Of a DNA stretch of 64,000 bases, positions 46,733 through 56,857 are shown in pieces (position 1 is the stretch's first letter; every line of letters starts with the position of its first letter). The position numbers and the translations under genes were made by a program. Where the stretch lies: positions 2,457-66,456 of the forward strand of contig JAYTNX010000090.1 of the NCBI GenBank assembly GCA_043748075.1, read 5' to 3'. A model generated the notes under the pieces. That model saw only the letters and a program-made list of their open reading frames with translations, searched no databases and had not been told where the DNA came from. The DNA is from Pseudomonadota bacterium (GTDB lineage: Bacteria; Pseudomonadota; Gammaproteobacteria; Steroidobacterales; Steroidobacteraceae).

Positions 46733-47539
46733 ATGCCCCGACCCGTGGACCACCCACCCGAAGTCTCCGCCTCTGAGAGCCGTTCCCAGCGTCGCGGGGT
46801 CTACCTGCTGCCGAACCTGCTGACGACGGCCTGCCTCGCCTGCGGGTTCTACGGAATCGTTGCCGCGATCAACGGCGATTTCTCGCGCGCCGGCGCGGCG
46901 GTGTTTGCGGCGATGATCTTCGACGGCCTGGATGGCCGGGTGGCACGCTGGACCGGCACCGAAAGCGTGTTCGGCAAGGAATACGACAGCCTCGCAGACA
47001 TGGTGTCCTTCGGTCTCGCGCCAGCCATCGTCGCCTACCAGTGGGGCGTCGAGCGGATCGCCGAATACGGCAATGCCTGGGGCCGTTTCGGCTGGATCGC
47101 GGCGTTCTTCTATGCCGTCTGCGCGGCGTTGCGGCTGGCGCGCTTCAACGCGCGCGCCGGCGGCGGCGACAAGCGCTATTTCGAAGGGCTGCCGAGCCCG
47201 TCGGCCGCGGCCGGCGTCGCAGCGTTTGTCTGGTTTTCCAGCGAATGGCGGGAGCCGGGCCTGGCGGGCCTGATCCTGACGTTCTCGATCACCGGGTTCG
47301 CCGGCGCGCTGATGGTGTCCGGCTTCGCCTACCCGAGCCTGAAGCAGGTGGACTGGGACCGGCGGGTCAAGTTCGCCTATTTCATCATCGTGCCGGTGTT
47401 CCTCGCGCTGATCGCAGCCGAGCCACCGACGATGCTGCTGGCGATGTTCACGACCTATGCGCTGTCGGCGCCCGTCCTGTGGATCGGCCGCCGCCTGTTC
47501 CGGGGGCGGCGCGACGCCGCGCAGCCGCCTTCCGCGTGA
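46733..47539 (+). CDS. pssA: CDP-diacylglycerol--serine O-phosphatidyltransferase (type II, membrane)
   Basis: This lies within ORF 46607..47539. The start is ATG 46733 or ATG 46712. The motif is 'FDGLDGRVARWTGTESVFGKEYDSLADMVSFG'. Confidence 0.85.
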   Translation: MPRPVDHPPEVSASESRSQRRGVYLLPNLLTTACLACGFYGIVAAINGDFSRAGAAVFAAMIFDGLDGRVARWTGTESVFGKEYDSLADMVSFGLAPAIVAYQWGVERIAEYGNAWGRFGWIAAFFYAVCAALRLARFNARAGGGDKRYFEGLPSPSAAAGVAAFVWFSSEWREPGLAGLILTFSITGFAGALMVSGFAYPSLKQVDWDRRVKFAYFIIVPVFLALIAAEPPTMLLAMFTTYALSAPVLWIGRRLFRGRRDAAQPPSA

Positions 47540-48273
47540 GCGCCGACCGCGAGCGGCGCGCCCGCTACCTGGAGGCGCTGGGTATCGATGTCTGGGTACC
47601 GCGGGCACGCCGTGGCGTTGAATCACAGCCCGGACCGGCCGCTTTCGCGACCCCCCAGGCTGCGCCTGCGCCGCCCTCTGCTGCGGGCGATGCCTCCGCG
47701 GACGAGTGGGTCGCGCTTCGGGCCGAGGTGCTCGCGTGCACCCGCTGCGCACTGCACCGTGGACGTACCCAGGCCGTGTTCGCCTCAGGGAGTCGCACGG
47801 CGCGGTGGATGGTGATCGGCGAGGCGCCCGGAGGCGAAGAGGACCGGCAGGGCGAGCCGTTCGTCGGTCCGGCGGGGCAGCTGCTGAATGCGATGCTGGC
47901 GGCGATCGACCTGCCCCGGCCGGAGGTATTCGTCGCGAACATGGTCAAATGCCGACCGCCGCAGAACCGCGATCCGACGGCGGAGGAGCTGGCGAGCTGC
48001 CGGCCGTATCTCGAACGGCAGCTGCGCCTGCTGCAGCCCGCCCTGATCCTGGTCGTCGGCCGCATCGCGGCGCAGAACCTGCTCGGCACCGACGCGCCGC
48101 TGGCGCGGCTGCGCGGGCAGGTGCATCGCGTCGCCGGGCTGAATACGCCGGTCGTCGTGACGTATCATCCGGCCTACCTGCTGCGTACGCCGGCGGACAA
48201 GCGCAAGGCCTGGGAAGACCTGAAGCTCGCCAGGCGCGTATTCGGCGAGCTGCCGACGTCCGCCGCGCGCTGA
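47536..48273 (+). CDS. Family 4 uracil-DNA glycosylase with an N-terminal extension
   Basis: GTG 47536 forms a GTGA overlap with the pssA stop. Supporting motifs are 'CTRCALH', motif A 'GEAPGGEEDRQGEPFVGPAG', 'KCRPP' and motif B 'TYHPAYLLR'. The N-terminal sequence 'RARYLEALGIDVWVPR' is followed by a Pro/Ala linker. Confidence 0.85.
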   Translation: MSADRERRARYLEALGIDVWVPRARRGVESQPGPAAFATPQAAPAPPSAAGDASADEWVALRAEVLACTRCALHRGRTQAVFASGSRTARWMVIGEAPGGEEDRQGEPFVGPAGQLLNAMLAAIDLPRPEVFVANMVKCRPPQNRDPTAEELASCRPYLERQLRLLQPALILVVGRIAAQNLLGTDAPLARLRGQVHRVAGLNTPVVVTYHPAYLLRTPADKRKAWEDLKLARRVFGELPTSAAR

Positions 48274-48299
48274 CGCGGCCGCGGACCTCACGGATTTTC

Positions 48300-48785
48300 A
48301 TGGCCACCGCACCCGACCTTCTCAAGCCCGCGCCCGAGATCGAGATCCGCGCGATGCAGGACGCCGACGTCGCCGCCGTCGCGCAGGTCGAGCGCGGCTC
48401 CTATCAGTTTCCGTGGAGCGAGGGCATCTTCCGCGACTGCGTGCGGGTCGGGTATCTGTGCCGCATCGTCGAGGTGTCCGGAGTCGTCATCGGCCACGGG
48501 ATCGTCAGCACCGGTGCCGGCGAAGCGCACATCCTGAATGTCTGCATCCGGCCCGAGTTCCGCTGCCGCGGCGTCGGCCGGCAGCTGCTGCGCTACCTGC
48601 TCGACCGCAGTCGCGCGCTGGGCATGTCGGAGGCCTTTCTCGAAGTGCGCCCCAGCAACACGACGGCGATCCGCCTCTACCAGTCGCTCGGCTTCGAGCA
48701 GGTGGGCGTGCGACGCGGCTATTACCAGGCGACGAACGGTCGCGAGGACGCGGCCGTGCTGCGACTCGCGCTGTCTCAGCCGTAG
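48300..48785 (+). CDS. rimI: Ribosomal-protein-alanine N-acetyltransferase (GNAT)
   Basis: This is the C-terminal part of ORF 47706..48785, starting at ATG 48300. Supporting sequences are '[24 protein letters not shown]', '[20 protein letters not shown]' and 'RRGYY'. Confidence 0.85.
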   Translation: MATAPDLLKPAPEIEIRAMQDADVAAVAQVERGSYQFPWSEGIFRDCVRVGYLCRIVEVSGVVIGHGIVSTGAGEAHILNVCIRPEFRCRGVGRQLLRYLLDRSRALGMSEAFLEVRPSNTTAIRLYQSLGFEQVGVRRGYYQATNGREDAAVLRLALSQP

Positions 48786-48828
48786 CGACACCCCCTGTTC
48801 CAAGAATAAGGCGAGCCCAGGTACCCGG

Positions 48829-50415
48829 ATGGATTCGATCGAGCAGGAGATCGCTCGGCGGAGGACGTTTGCGATCATTTCGCACCCCGACGCCGGCAAG
48901 ACGACGCTGACCGAAAAGCTGCTGCTGTTCGGCGGCGCGATCCAGATGGCCGGCACCGTGAAGGGTCGCAAGGCGGCACGCCACGCCACGTCCGACTGGA
49001 TGCGCCTCGAGCAGCAGCGCGGCATCTCGGTCACCTCGTCCGTGATGCAGTTCCCGTACGGCGACTACATCGTGAACCTGCTCGATACACCCGGTCACGA
49101 GGATTTTTCCGAGGACACCTACCGGACGCTGACCGCCGTGGATTCGGCGCTGATGGTGATCGACTGCGCGAAGGGCGTCGAAGAGCGGACCATCAAGCTG
49201 ATGGAAGTCTGTCGGCTGCGCGATACGCCGATCATGACCTTCATCAACAAGCTCGATCGCGACGGGCGCGCGCCGATCGAACTGCTGGACGAGATCGAGA
49301 GCGTCCTGAGGATCTCGACCGCGCCGGTGACCTGGCCGATCGGCATGGGCCGCGAACTCAAGGGCATCTATCACCTGATCGAGGACCGGATCTACGTCTA
49401 CGCCGCCGGTGAGCGCGGCCGGGTGGGCGAGAACCTGATCGTCGATGGCCTGCACAGCGAGGCAGGGCGCGAACTGCTCGGCGACTCGGCCGCGGCCTTC
49501 GACCAGGAGATCGAACTGGTCCAGGGTGCGACCCAGGCGTTCGATCTCGCGGCCTACCGCGCGGGACGCCAGACGCCGGTGTTCTTCGGCTCGGCGATCG
49601 GCAACTTCGGCGTCGAAGAGTTGCTGAAATCGTTTGTCGAGCACGCGCCGGGCCCACTGGCGCGCGAGACCCGCCAGCGCGCCGTCGCCGCCACCGAGCC
49701 GCGGCTCTCCGGCTTCGTCTTCAAGATCCAGGCGAACATGGATCCGTCGCACCGCGACCGGATCGCGTTCCTGCGCCTGTGCTCGGGCAAGTACACCCGG
49801 GGCATGCGCATGCGGCACGTGCGGCTCGAGAAGGAGGTGCGCATTGCCGATGCGCTGACCTTCATGGCCGCTGACCGCAGCGCCGCCGAGGACGCCTATG
49901 CGGGTGACATCATCGGGCTGCACAACCACGGCACGATCAACATCGGTGATTCGTTCTCCGAGGGCGAGCCGCTGGTGTTCACCGGCATTCCGAACTTCGC
50001 GCCGGAGATGTTCCGGCGCGCCGTGCTGCGCGATCCCCTGAAGATGAAGGCGCTGTCGAAGGGCCTCGCGCAGCTGTGCGAGGAGGGTGCGACGCAGCTG
50101 TTCCGCCCGCTGCGCAACAACGACCAGATCCTCGGTGCGGTCGGCCCGCTGCAGTTCGAAGTGGTCGCGTTCCGGCTGCAGGACGAGTACGCGGTGCAGT
50201 GCACCTTCGAGACGATCGGCGTGCACACCGCGCGCTGGGTGCAGTGCGACGACGAGAAGCGGCTCGCCGAGTTCCGCGCCAAGGCCTACGACCACCTCGC
50301 GCTCGATCACTATGGCGGCCTCGTGTACCTCGCGCCCTCGCGCGTGAACCTCTCGCTGACGGTGGAACGCTGGCCGGGCATCGCGTTCCGCGAGACGCGC
50401 GAGCAGGGCGGCTGA
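48829..50415 (+). CDS. prfC: Peptide chain release factor 3
   Basis: This is the C-terminal part of ORF 48538..50415, starting at ATG 48829. Supporting motifs are '[23 protein letters not shown]', 'DTPGHEDF' and 'NKLDR'. Confidence 0.95.
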   Translation: MDSIEQEIARRRTFAIISHPDAGKTTLTEKLLLFGGAIQMAGTVKGRKAARHATSDWMRLEQQRGISVTSSVMQFPYGDYIVNLLDTPGHEDFSEDTYRTLTAVDSALMVIDCAKGVEERTIKLMEVCRLRDTPIMTFINKLDRDGRAPIELLDEIESVLRISTAPVTWPIGMGRELKGIYHLIEDRIYVYAAGERGRVGENLIVDGLHSEAGRELLGDSAAAFDQEIELVQGATQAFDLAAYRAGRQTPVFFGSAIGNFGVEELLKSFVEHAPGPLARETRQRAVAATEPRLSGFVFKIQANMDPSHRDRIAFLRLCSGKYTRGMRMRHVRLEKEVRIADALTFMAADRSAAEDAYAGDIIGLHNHGTINIGDSFSEGEPLVFTGIPNFAPEMFRRAVLRDPLKMKALSKGLAQLCEEGATQLFRPLRNNDQILGAVGPLQFEVVAFRLQDEYAVQCTFETIGVHTARWVQCDDEKRLAEFRAKAYDHLALDHYGGLVYLAPSRVNLSLTVERWPGIAFRETREQGG

Positions 50416-50432
50416 GCGCGGCTGCGCCGGCC

Positions 50433-51746
50433 ATGGCCGGCGTGTACCCTGTGACGGTGCCGAAGTTCTACTCCCGCCGTCCGCTGCTCTCCTGGGCACT
50501 CTACGACTGGGCGAACTCGGCCTTCGCGACCACCGTGATGGCCGGCTTCTTCCCGGCCTTCTTCCAGCGCTACTGGAGCCTCGGCGTCGACCCGACGGTC
50601 AGCACCTCGCGGCTCGGCTTCGCCAACGGCATCGCCGGATTCGCCGTGGCGCTGCTGGCGCCGATGCTCGGCGCGATCGCCGATCGCTGCGGTCGGCGCA
50701 AGCGCTTTCTCGTGGCCTGGAGCCTGCTCGGGATCGTCGGCACCGCGCTGCTGTGGTTCGTTGGGCGTGGCGATTGGTGGTCGGCTGCCGCGCTGTTCAT
50801 CGTCGGCACGATCGGCTTTGCGGCCGCCAATGTTTTCTACGACGCGCTGCTGCTCGATGTCGCGACCGATCCCGAGCTCGACCGCGCCTCGGCCTTCGGC
50901 TATTCCCTGGGCTATCTCGGCGGTGGGCTGCTGTTCGCGCTCAACGTGCTGATGACGGTCGAGCCAGCGTGGTTCGGGCTCGCCGATGCGGCCGAGGCGG
51001 TGCGGGTCTCGTTCGTGACCGTCGCGGTCTGGTGGCTCGTGTTCATGCTGCCGCTGGCCATCAACGTGCGCGAGCGGCCGGGTGAGGCGGGCGTGACGCT
51101 GTTCGCGGCGACGACGGCGGGAGTGCGCGAGCTGGCCGGCACGCTGCGCCAGGTGGCGCGCTATCGCGGGCTGGCTCTCTTCCTGGTCGCCTATTGGCTG
51201 TACATCGACGCGGTGAACACGATCATCAAGATGGCGGTCGACTACGGCGTGGCGCTGGGCCTGCCGACGACGAGCCTGCTGGCGGCGCTGCTGATGACGC
51301 AGTTCGTGGCCTTTCCGGCGGCCCTGGGTTTCGGCTGGCTCGGCGAGCGAATCGGCGCCAGGCGCGGCATCCTGCTCGGCATTGCGATCTATACGCTGGC
51401 CACCCTCTATGCCTATTTCCTGGACAGTGTCGCGGAGTTCTTCGCGCTGGCCGCGGTGATCGGTCTGGTGCAGGGCGGCGTTCAGAGCCTGTCGCGCTCG
51501 TTCTTCGGCCGGCTGGTGCCGGTGGGCAAGGGCGGCGAGTTCTTCGGCTTCTACAACATGATGGGCAAGTTCGCGACCGTCGTCGGGCCACTGCTGGTGG
51601 CGGTGGTCGCGCTGACCACGGGCAGTTCGCGCGCCTCGATCGCCTCGCTGGCGATCCTGTTCGTCGCCGGTGGCCTGGTGCTGCGAGCGGTGCCCGAGCC
51701 CCCGGCCCGGCGCACCGCGCCGGGCGTCGCGCCGGACTCCGCTTAG
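50433..51746 (+). CDS. MFS transporter, UMF1/Atg22-like family
   Basis: This is the C-terminal part of ORF 50076..51746, starting at ATG 50433. Supporting sequences are 'LSWALYDWANSAFATTVMAGFFPAFF' and 'GAIADRCGRRKRF'. About 12 TM helices are predicted. Confidence 0.8.
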   Translation: MAGVYPVTVPKFYSRRPLLSWALYDWANSAFATTVMAGFFPAFFQRYWSLGVDPTVSTSRLGFANGIAGFAVALLAPMLGAIADRCGRRKRFLVAWSLLGIVGTALLWFVGRGDWWSAAALFIVGTIGFAAANVFYDALLLDVATDPELDRASAFGYSLGYLGGGLLFALNVLMTVEPAWFGLADAAEAVRVSFVTVAVWWLVFMLPLAINVRERPGEAGVTLFAATTAGVRELAGTLRQVARYRGLALFLVAYWLYIDAVNTIIKMAVDYGVALGLPTTSLLAALLMTQFVAFPAALGFGWLGERIGARRGILLGIAIYTLATLYAYFLDSVAEFFALAAVIGLVQGGVQSLSRSFFGRLVPVGKGGEFFGFYNMMGKFATVVGPLLVAVVALTTGSSRASIASLAILFVAGGLVLRAVPEPPARRTAPGVAPDSA

Positions 51747-52594
51747 GAGGCGACTCCGGGCGCGTCCCAGTCTGCCGTATCGAGATCGAAAGCCGCGCGC
51801 AATGCCGCGTAGAGCGCTGGATGGTCGCGCCGCAGCTCGCGGGGCCGCTCGAAGAACAGCTCGGCGCTGACGGCGAGGAACTCCACCGGATCCTCGGCGC
51901 CATACGGATCGATCAGCGTCTCCTCGCCGCGGTCCACGGCGTCGCACAGCGCCTCGTAGCCAGCCGCGAGTGCGCCGCGCTGCGCCGAGGCGCGGCCGCC
52001 GCCGACATGATCGAGGAAGTGAACGACTTCGTGGATCACCACGTTGTAGCCGTCGTCGCGCGCCGCCGCCGCCTCGACGTCCTGCCACGACAGCACGATG
52101 CGGTCGGTGTCGACGGTCTGCCCAGAGAGCGCCCGGCCGCCTTCCGTGACCACGCCGGTGGTCTCGTCGACGTCGCGCTCCTCGACCCAGAACTCGTCGG
52201 GGTAGAGCATCACGCCGTGCAACGGCTCGAAGACGTCGGGCTCGAGGCGCAGCGCGGGGATGCAGGCCTGCGCGGCGATCACCAGCCGCATGTCGTCGCG
52301 TACCACCAGGCCATTGCAGCCGATGAACTCGACTCGCGCGAGCCAGGCGACGATGCGCCGGTCGAGTTCGGCCCGCAAGCCGGTCGGGACACGCCGGTAG
52401 AGCGGCACCCGCGCCTCCAGCAGTCGGCGTTGGGCGGCATCGATCGGCGGGCCCGTCGCCGACGCGGCGAGTCGCCGGCGCCGCTGCGCCCACCACGCCG
52501 CGGCAACCAGCAGGGCGAGCCCCAACGCGACGATCGCGAGCGGCGAGACGAAGGCCGCCGGGTCAGCGGCGGCGCCAGGACCCTGCAGGGTCAT
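51743..52594 (-). CDS. mtfA: MtfA-like zinc metallopeptidase (M90 family) with an N-terminal TM anchor
   Basis: I chose ATG 52594; the ORF-track start at 52600 is a TTG. Supporting sequences are 'VSPLAIVALGLALLVAAAWW', 'LYPDEFWV', the HExxH motif 'HEVVHFLD', and 'EFLAVSAELFFERP'. Confidence 0.8.
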   Translation of the reverse strand: MTLQGPGAAADPAAFVSPLAIVALGLALLVAAAWWAQRRRRLAASATGPPIDAAQRRLLEARVPLYRRVPTGLRAELDRRIVAWLARVEFIGCNGLVVRDDMRLVIAAQACIPALRLEPDVFEPLHGVMLYPDEFWVEERDVDETTGVVTEGGRALSGQTVDTDRIVLSWQDVEAAAARDDGYNVVIHEVVHFLDHVGGGRASAQRGALAAGYEALCDAVDRGEETLIDPYGAEDPVEFLAVSAELFFERPRELRRDHPALYAALRAAFDLDTADWDAPGVAS

Positions 52595-52608
52595 GGGCAA
52601 CGGCGCGG

Positions 52609-52878
52609 TCAGCCGGGCTTGCGCAGCGCCGCGACGACGTCGATGTAGGCCTTCATGGCCGCGTCGGTCGCCGTGCCCTGCTTGCGGGCCCAGGCGTCGT
52701 ACTTGGCACGGCCGGTGACGTCGAAGAGGCCGGGGCGCGCACCGCTCGCGTCGCCGTCGGTCGCCTGCTTGAAGAGGGCGTAGAGCTCGAGCAGTTGATC
52801 GTTCCGGGGCCGCTTGGACAGCCCCTTGACGTCTTCCGCGGCCTTCGCGAACGCCTTCTCGAGTGTCGCCGTCGCCAT
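52609..52878 (-). CDS. Acyl-CoA-binding protein (ACBP, 89 aa)
   Basis: I trimmed ORF 52609..53040 to ATG 52878. The ACBP signature is 'FAKAAEDVKGLSKRPRNDQLLELYALFKQAT...GRAKYDAWARKQG...AMKAYIDVV'. Confidence 0.85.
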   Translation of the reverse strand: MATATLEKAFAKAAEDVKGLSKRPRNDQLLELYALFKQATDGDASGARPGLFDVTGRAKYDAWARKQGTATDAAMKAYIDVVAALRKPG

Positions 52879-52945
52879 GATGATCCCTCTGCGCGGGTCG
52901 GCTGCGGTCGCGGACTGCGCCGCAGCGGTCGAAAGTATGCCCGAT

Positions 52946-54913
52946 TCAGTCCGCCGCCCGCAGCGACAGCCGGCGAGCGGCGCGCACGAAGCCCTGCAGC
53001 GCCTGCGGGTCGGGGTCCGCGCCGTAACGGAGTCGCGCATACCGTTCTAGAAGCGGGCGCAGGCGGCCTTCCAGCGCCGGCCGCAGGGCCCCGATGCGCT
53101 GCGCATAGTCCAGAGGGCCCTCGCTCGCCTGGCGAGGCAGGCCGTTTGCCGCGAGTCGTTCGCAGAGCCGTCGATAAGCGCGAGCCAGTGCGTCGGCATC
53201 GCGCGGGCCTGGCGGACGTCCGAGACGCAGACCGACCCAGGCGAGCCACACGATGAGCGCGCCCGCCAGCAGCGCGCCCAGCTGGGCAACGCGCGGCGAC
53301 TCGAAGCCGGCCCAGGCCAGCAGTCGCCACTGCGAACGCAGGTCGAACTCGATCACCTGGTCCTTCCACCAGGTGTTGGCGGTGTCCCAGGCGAGGCGCG
53401 CGTCGGCGAGCCAGCCGATTTCACGCAGCATCCGGTCAGTCTGCGATACGGCCTCCGGCATCGAGTCGAAGAACCCCCGGTTGAGCCGATCGGGTGCGAC
53501 GACGCCGGTCGGGTCGACGCGCGTCCAGCCGCGGCCTTCGAGCCAGACCTCGACCCAGGCATGGGCGTCGGACTGGCGCACGATGTAATAGGCACCGATG
53601 GGATTCCATTCGCCGCCCTGGTAGCCGGTGACGACGCGTGCCGGGAGGCCCGCGGCACGGGCGAGGGTCGCGAAAGCCGACGCATAGTGCCCGCAGAACC
53701 CCTGCCGGGTGTTGAACAGGAAGTCGTCGATCGAATCCAGGTCGAGCCGCGGCGGCGTCAGGGTGTAGGTGTAGCCGCCGGTGCGGAACAGTTCGAGGAC
53801 GGTCTCGACGAAAGCGGACTCGTCCGCAGAGCCTTCCCGCAAGCGGCGCGCCAGTGCGAGGCTGCGGGCGTTGCGGCCCGCTGGCAGCTGCAGCGCCAGC
53901 CGTCGCTGCAGCGGCGACAAGGGCTCGGTCGCCCGCGTGGCGACGTGCGAGGTGAGCTCGTAGCTCAGTGGCTGAGTCACCGGACGCAGCGCGATGAGCT
54001 GGTAGTCATAGGTGAACAGCACGTCGCGATCGGGCGATCGGGTCGCCGTGTCGAGTGCGAACCACCAATTGCGTTGATGCGGCTCGAGCGTGACGCGATA
54101 GCGGTACGCATCGCCGAGGTATTGCAGCGGTGACCGGCGATAGATGCTGCGCCATTCGCGGCGCCAGGTGTAGCCGTCGAAGTTCTGCAGCACCGGGCCG
54201 CGCCAGTACATGTCGCGCGCGGCAGGGATGGCGCCGAAGAATCGCGCGCGAAACGCCGGTTCGTAGGAACTGGAGAGCTCGCTGATCGCGCCGGGGCTCA
54301 TTTCATTGGAGAGCCCGGTGACACTGGAGCCGGCGCCCGGCAGCGCCCAGACCTGTCCCGCAATCCGCGGAAAGAAAAGAAACAGCGCGATCGCAACCGG
54401 CAGCGAAAAGGCCAGGGAGCGGCCGGCGATCGAGATCGCGGCGCGCAGACCGAGCCCGACCTGAGGCGTACCGACGATGGCCAGTGCGGTGCAGACCAGC
54501 CAGACCGCGCCGACGTACAACGGTACGCGCAGCAGCGACTGCCGATCGAGACAGGCCGCGATCACCAGGAACAGGGACACGCCGATCACCACGAAATGGT
54601 CGCGACGCGCGCGGCTTTCGAGCAGCTTCAGCGCGCCCATGCCGGCCAGCAGCGACGTGCCGGCGGCCAGCCCGTTGATCGTGCCGAACTGCGACGCCAC
54701 GGCCAGCAGCAGGACCGCGACGATCGCACCGCGCATGACCCCGCCCGGCAAGCGTCGTTGGCGCAATGCGGCCGTGACGCGCCAGGCCGCCATCGCCAGC
54801 ACCACCGCGCTGCACCAGGGCGGCAGGCGGTCGATGTGCAGCAGCACCGCGGCCACGAAAACACCCGTGGTCCAGGACAGCGCGCGAAGGTCCCCGCCGG
54901 GCGGCTCAGCCAT
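52946..54913 (-). CDS. tgpA: TgpA-like membrane transglutaminase (DUF3488 - transglutaminase core - DUF4129 architecture)
   Basis: I trimmed ORF 52946..55162 to ATG 54913, which overlaps the DUF58 gene by 8 nt. There are about 6 N-terminal TM helices. The Cys-His-Asp core is 'RQGFCGHYASAF', 'DAHAWVEVW', 'TRVDPT'. A C-terminal TM helix is followed by a tail. Confidence 0.82.
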   Translation of the reverse strand: MAEPPGGDLRALSWTTGVFVAAVLLHIDRLPPWCSAVVLAMAAWRVTAALRQRRLPGGVMRGAIVAVLLLAVASQFGTINGLAAGTSLLAGMGALKLLESRARRDHFVVIGVSLFLVIAACLDRQSLLRVPLYVGAVWLVCTALAIVGTPQVGLGLRAAISIAGRSLAFSLPVAIALFLFFPRIAGQVWALPGAGSSVTGLSNEMSPGAISELSSSYEPAFRARFFGAIPAARDMYWRGPVLQNFDGYTWRREWRSIYRRSPLQYLGDAYRYRVTLEPHQRNWWFALDTATRSPDRDVLFTYDYQLIALRPVTQPLSYELTSHVATRATEPLSPLQRRLALQLPAGRNARSLALARRLREGSADESAFVETVLELFRTGGYTYTLTPPRLDLDSIDDFLFNTRQGFCGHYASAFATLARAAGLPARVVTGYQGGEWNPIGAYYIVRQSDAHAWVEVWLEGRGWTRVDPTGVVAPDRLNRGFFDSMPEAVSQTDRMLREIGWLADARLAWDTANTWWKDQVIEFDLRSQWRLLAWAGFESPRVAQLGALLAGALIVWLAWVGLRLGRPPGPRDADALARAYRRLCERLAANGLPRQASEGPLDYAQRIGALRPALEGRLRPLLERYARLRYGADPDPQALQGFVRAARRLSLRAAD

Positions 54914-55925
54914 GCCGGGTGACCTCACCGGATACAGCGCCTTGCGCCTCGCAAGGCTCGTAGGTCGCCAGTGCCTCGAGGCAACGTGCCAGATGGGCGG
55001 GACCGCGATCCGCCTCGAACTGCCGCGTCGGCAGCCGCAGCGCATAGCGCTCGTGTCGTGCCTCGGCGTCGAGCGCCCAGCGGCACAGCTGCGACAGTCG
55101 AGCCTCGACATCCAGGTCGGCGAGTGCCGCGAAATCGAACAGCGACGCCTGCACGCTGGCACCGCTGTATTCCTTCACCAGCAGCGGCATGCCCCGCGCG
55201 TAGGCCTTCCACGCGACCTGGCGGGGTGAGTCGCCGTCGCGGAAGGGCCGCAGATCGCGCAGTTCGTCGCGACCGGTCTCGTGCCGCGCGTTGCCCGATT
55301 CCCGACCCGAGATGCCCGGCGGCGGCAGCCGCGACCCGACCGGCTTCGGGTACACCAGCAGATCGATCGGCAGGTGCACCCAAGTCCAGCAGCGGAACAG
55401 GCCGAACGGGAACGAGGTTTCGACCCGCAGGCGGTGCAGCCGCAGCCGACCCCGCGACCTCGTGGGAATCTGCAGCTCGACGGTAGTGAGGGCGAACGGC
55501 GCCGCCTGCGGGGTCCGAGTGCTCGCGCCGGGACCCTCGACGGCGAGGTCGTAGCGGGCGACGCCGGGATTCTCGAGCGCCAGCGAGACCCGCGCCGCTT
55601 CGCCGGCAAATGCGTGCTGCGGGTGAATGGCGACCAGTCGCAGGCCGAGCAGGTTGCGATGGCAGTAGTTCATGCCGACGAGTGCGAAGCCACCCAGTGA
55701 GAACGTGATGAGCAGTGCCAGGCTGTTGGCGTAGTTCATGCCGGCGAACAGCATCGTCAGCAACATGACGGCGAACGCTGCGCCGCCTCGCGTCGGGAGG
55801 ATGTAGAGCCGCCGCCGCTGCAATTCGACCGGCAGCGAATCCTCGCCCTGGCGGCGACGAATCCATTCCGCGGCCCGCGTCTCCAGGCCACCCCGCCAGC
55901 GCGCGACCGCGGCACGCGGCGTCAT
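54906..55925 (-). CDS. DUF58-family protein (MoxR-associated, vWA-like)
   Basis: 'LRDLRPFRDGDSPRQVAWKAYAR' matches the DUF58 signature. Two N-terminal TM helices are present. It sits between the MoxR and TgpA genes. Confidence 0.8.
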   Translation of the reverse strand: MTPRAAVARWRGGLETRAAEWIRRRQGEDSLPVELQRRRLYILPTRGGAAFAVMLLTMLFAGMNYANSLALLITFSLGGFALVGMNYCHRNLLGLRLVAIHPQHAFAGEAARVSLALENPGVARYDLAVEGPGASTRTPQAAPFALTTVELQIPTRSRGRLRLHRLRVETSFPFGLFRCWTWVHLPIDLLVYPKPVGSRLPPPGISGRESGNARHETGRDELRDLRPFRDGDSPRQVAWKAYARGMPLLVKEYSGASVQASLFDFAALADLDVEARLSQLCRWALDAEARHERYALRLPTRQFEADRGPAHLARCLEALATYEPCEAQGAVSGEVTRHG

Positions 55926-55929
55926 GGCG

Positions 55930-56850
55930 TCAGGCGGTCACGGGCACGGCGCGCAGCAGCTCGCGCGCAAAGCCGGCGCCGTCGCCACTGGCGGCGGCGT
56001 CGCGCCGGATCAGCCGGTGCGCGGCGACCGCGGGGAACACCGCCTGCACGTCTTCGGGCATCACGGCGTCGCGGCCGGCCAGCAGCGCCCAGGCCTGTGC
56101 GGCCCGCAGCAGGCCCTGACCGGCGCGGGGCGAGAGACCCAGCTTGATGTCGGGCCGCTCGCGGGTGCGCAGCAGCAGCCGCTGCAGGTAGTCGTAGAGT
56201 GCGTCGGCGACGTGCACGCGCCGCGCCTGCTGCTGCACCTGGCAGAGCCGCACCGAGTCGAGCCCCGCCTGGACGCGCTCGAGCAGGTCGCGGCGCTCGC
56301 CGCTGCGCAGCAGCTCGCGCTCGTGCGCCGCATCGGGATAGCCGAGCTCGACGCGCATCAGGAAGCGGTCGAGCTGCGACTCCGGCAGTGCGAAGGTGCC
56401 CAGCTGTTCCTTCGGGTTCTGGGTGGCCACCACGAAGAACGGCTCGGGCAGCACGTAGGTCTGGCCGTCGACGCTGACCTGCCGCTCTTCCATCGCCTCG
56501 AGCAGCGCGCTCTGGGTGCGAGGACTGGCGCGGTTGACCTCATCGGCGAGCAGCAACTGCGTGAACACCGGGCCCTTGCGGAACTCGAACTGCTGGGTCG
56601 CGCGATCGAAGATCGAGACGCCGACGATGTCGGCCGGCAGCAGGTCGCTGGTGAACTGCACGCGGTTCCAGCCCAGCCCGAACACCCGCGCGAGCGCATG
56701 GGCCAGGGTGGTCTTGCCGACGCCCGGCACGTCCTCGATCAGCAGATGGCCCCGCGCGACCAGGCAGGCGACGCAGAGCCGCAGCTGCTGCGGCTTGCCG
56801 AGGATCACGCGCTCGAGGGTCGCCAGCGCTGCAGAGAGGTCCTGGTCCAT
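55930..56850 (-). CDS. MoxR-family AAA+ ATPase
   Basis: I trimmed ORF 55930..56964 to ATG 56850. Supporting motifs are Walker A 'EDVPGVGKTTLAHALA', Walker B 'LLADEVNRASPRTQSALLEAMEE' and 'VVATQNPKE'. Confidence 0.88.
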   Translation of the reverse strand: MDQDLSAALATLERVILGKPQQLRLCVACLVARGHLLIEDVPGVGKTTLAHALARVFGLGWNRVQFTSDLLPADIVGVSIFDRATQQFEFRKGPVFTQLLLADEVNRASPRTQSALLEAMEERQVSVDGQTYVLPEPFFVVATQNPKEQLGTFALPESQLDRFLMRVELGYPDAAHERELLRSGERRDLLERVQAGLDSVRLCQVQQQARRVHVADALYDYLQRLLLRTRERPDIKLGLSPRAGQGLLRAAQAWALLAGRDAVMPEDVQAVFPAVAAHRLIRRDAAASGDGAGFARELLRAVPVTA

Positions 56851-56857
56851 GCCTGCC

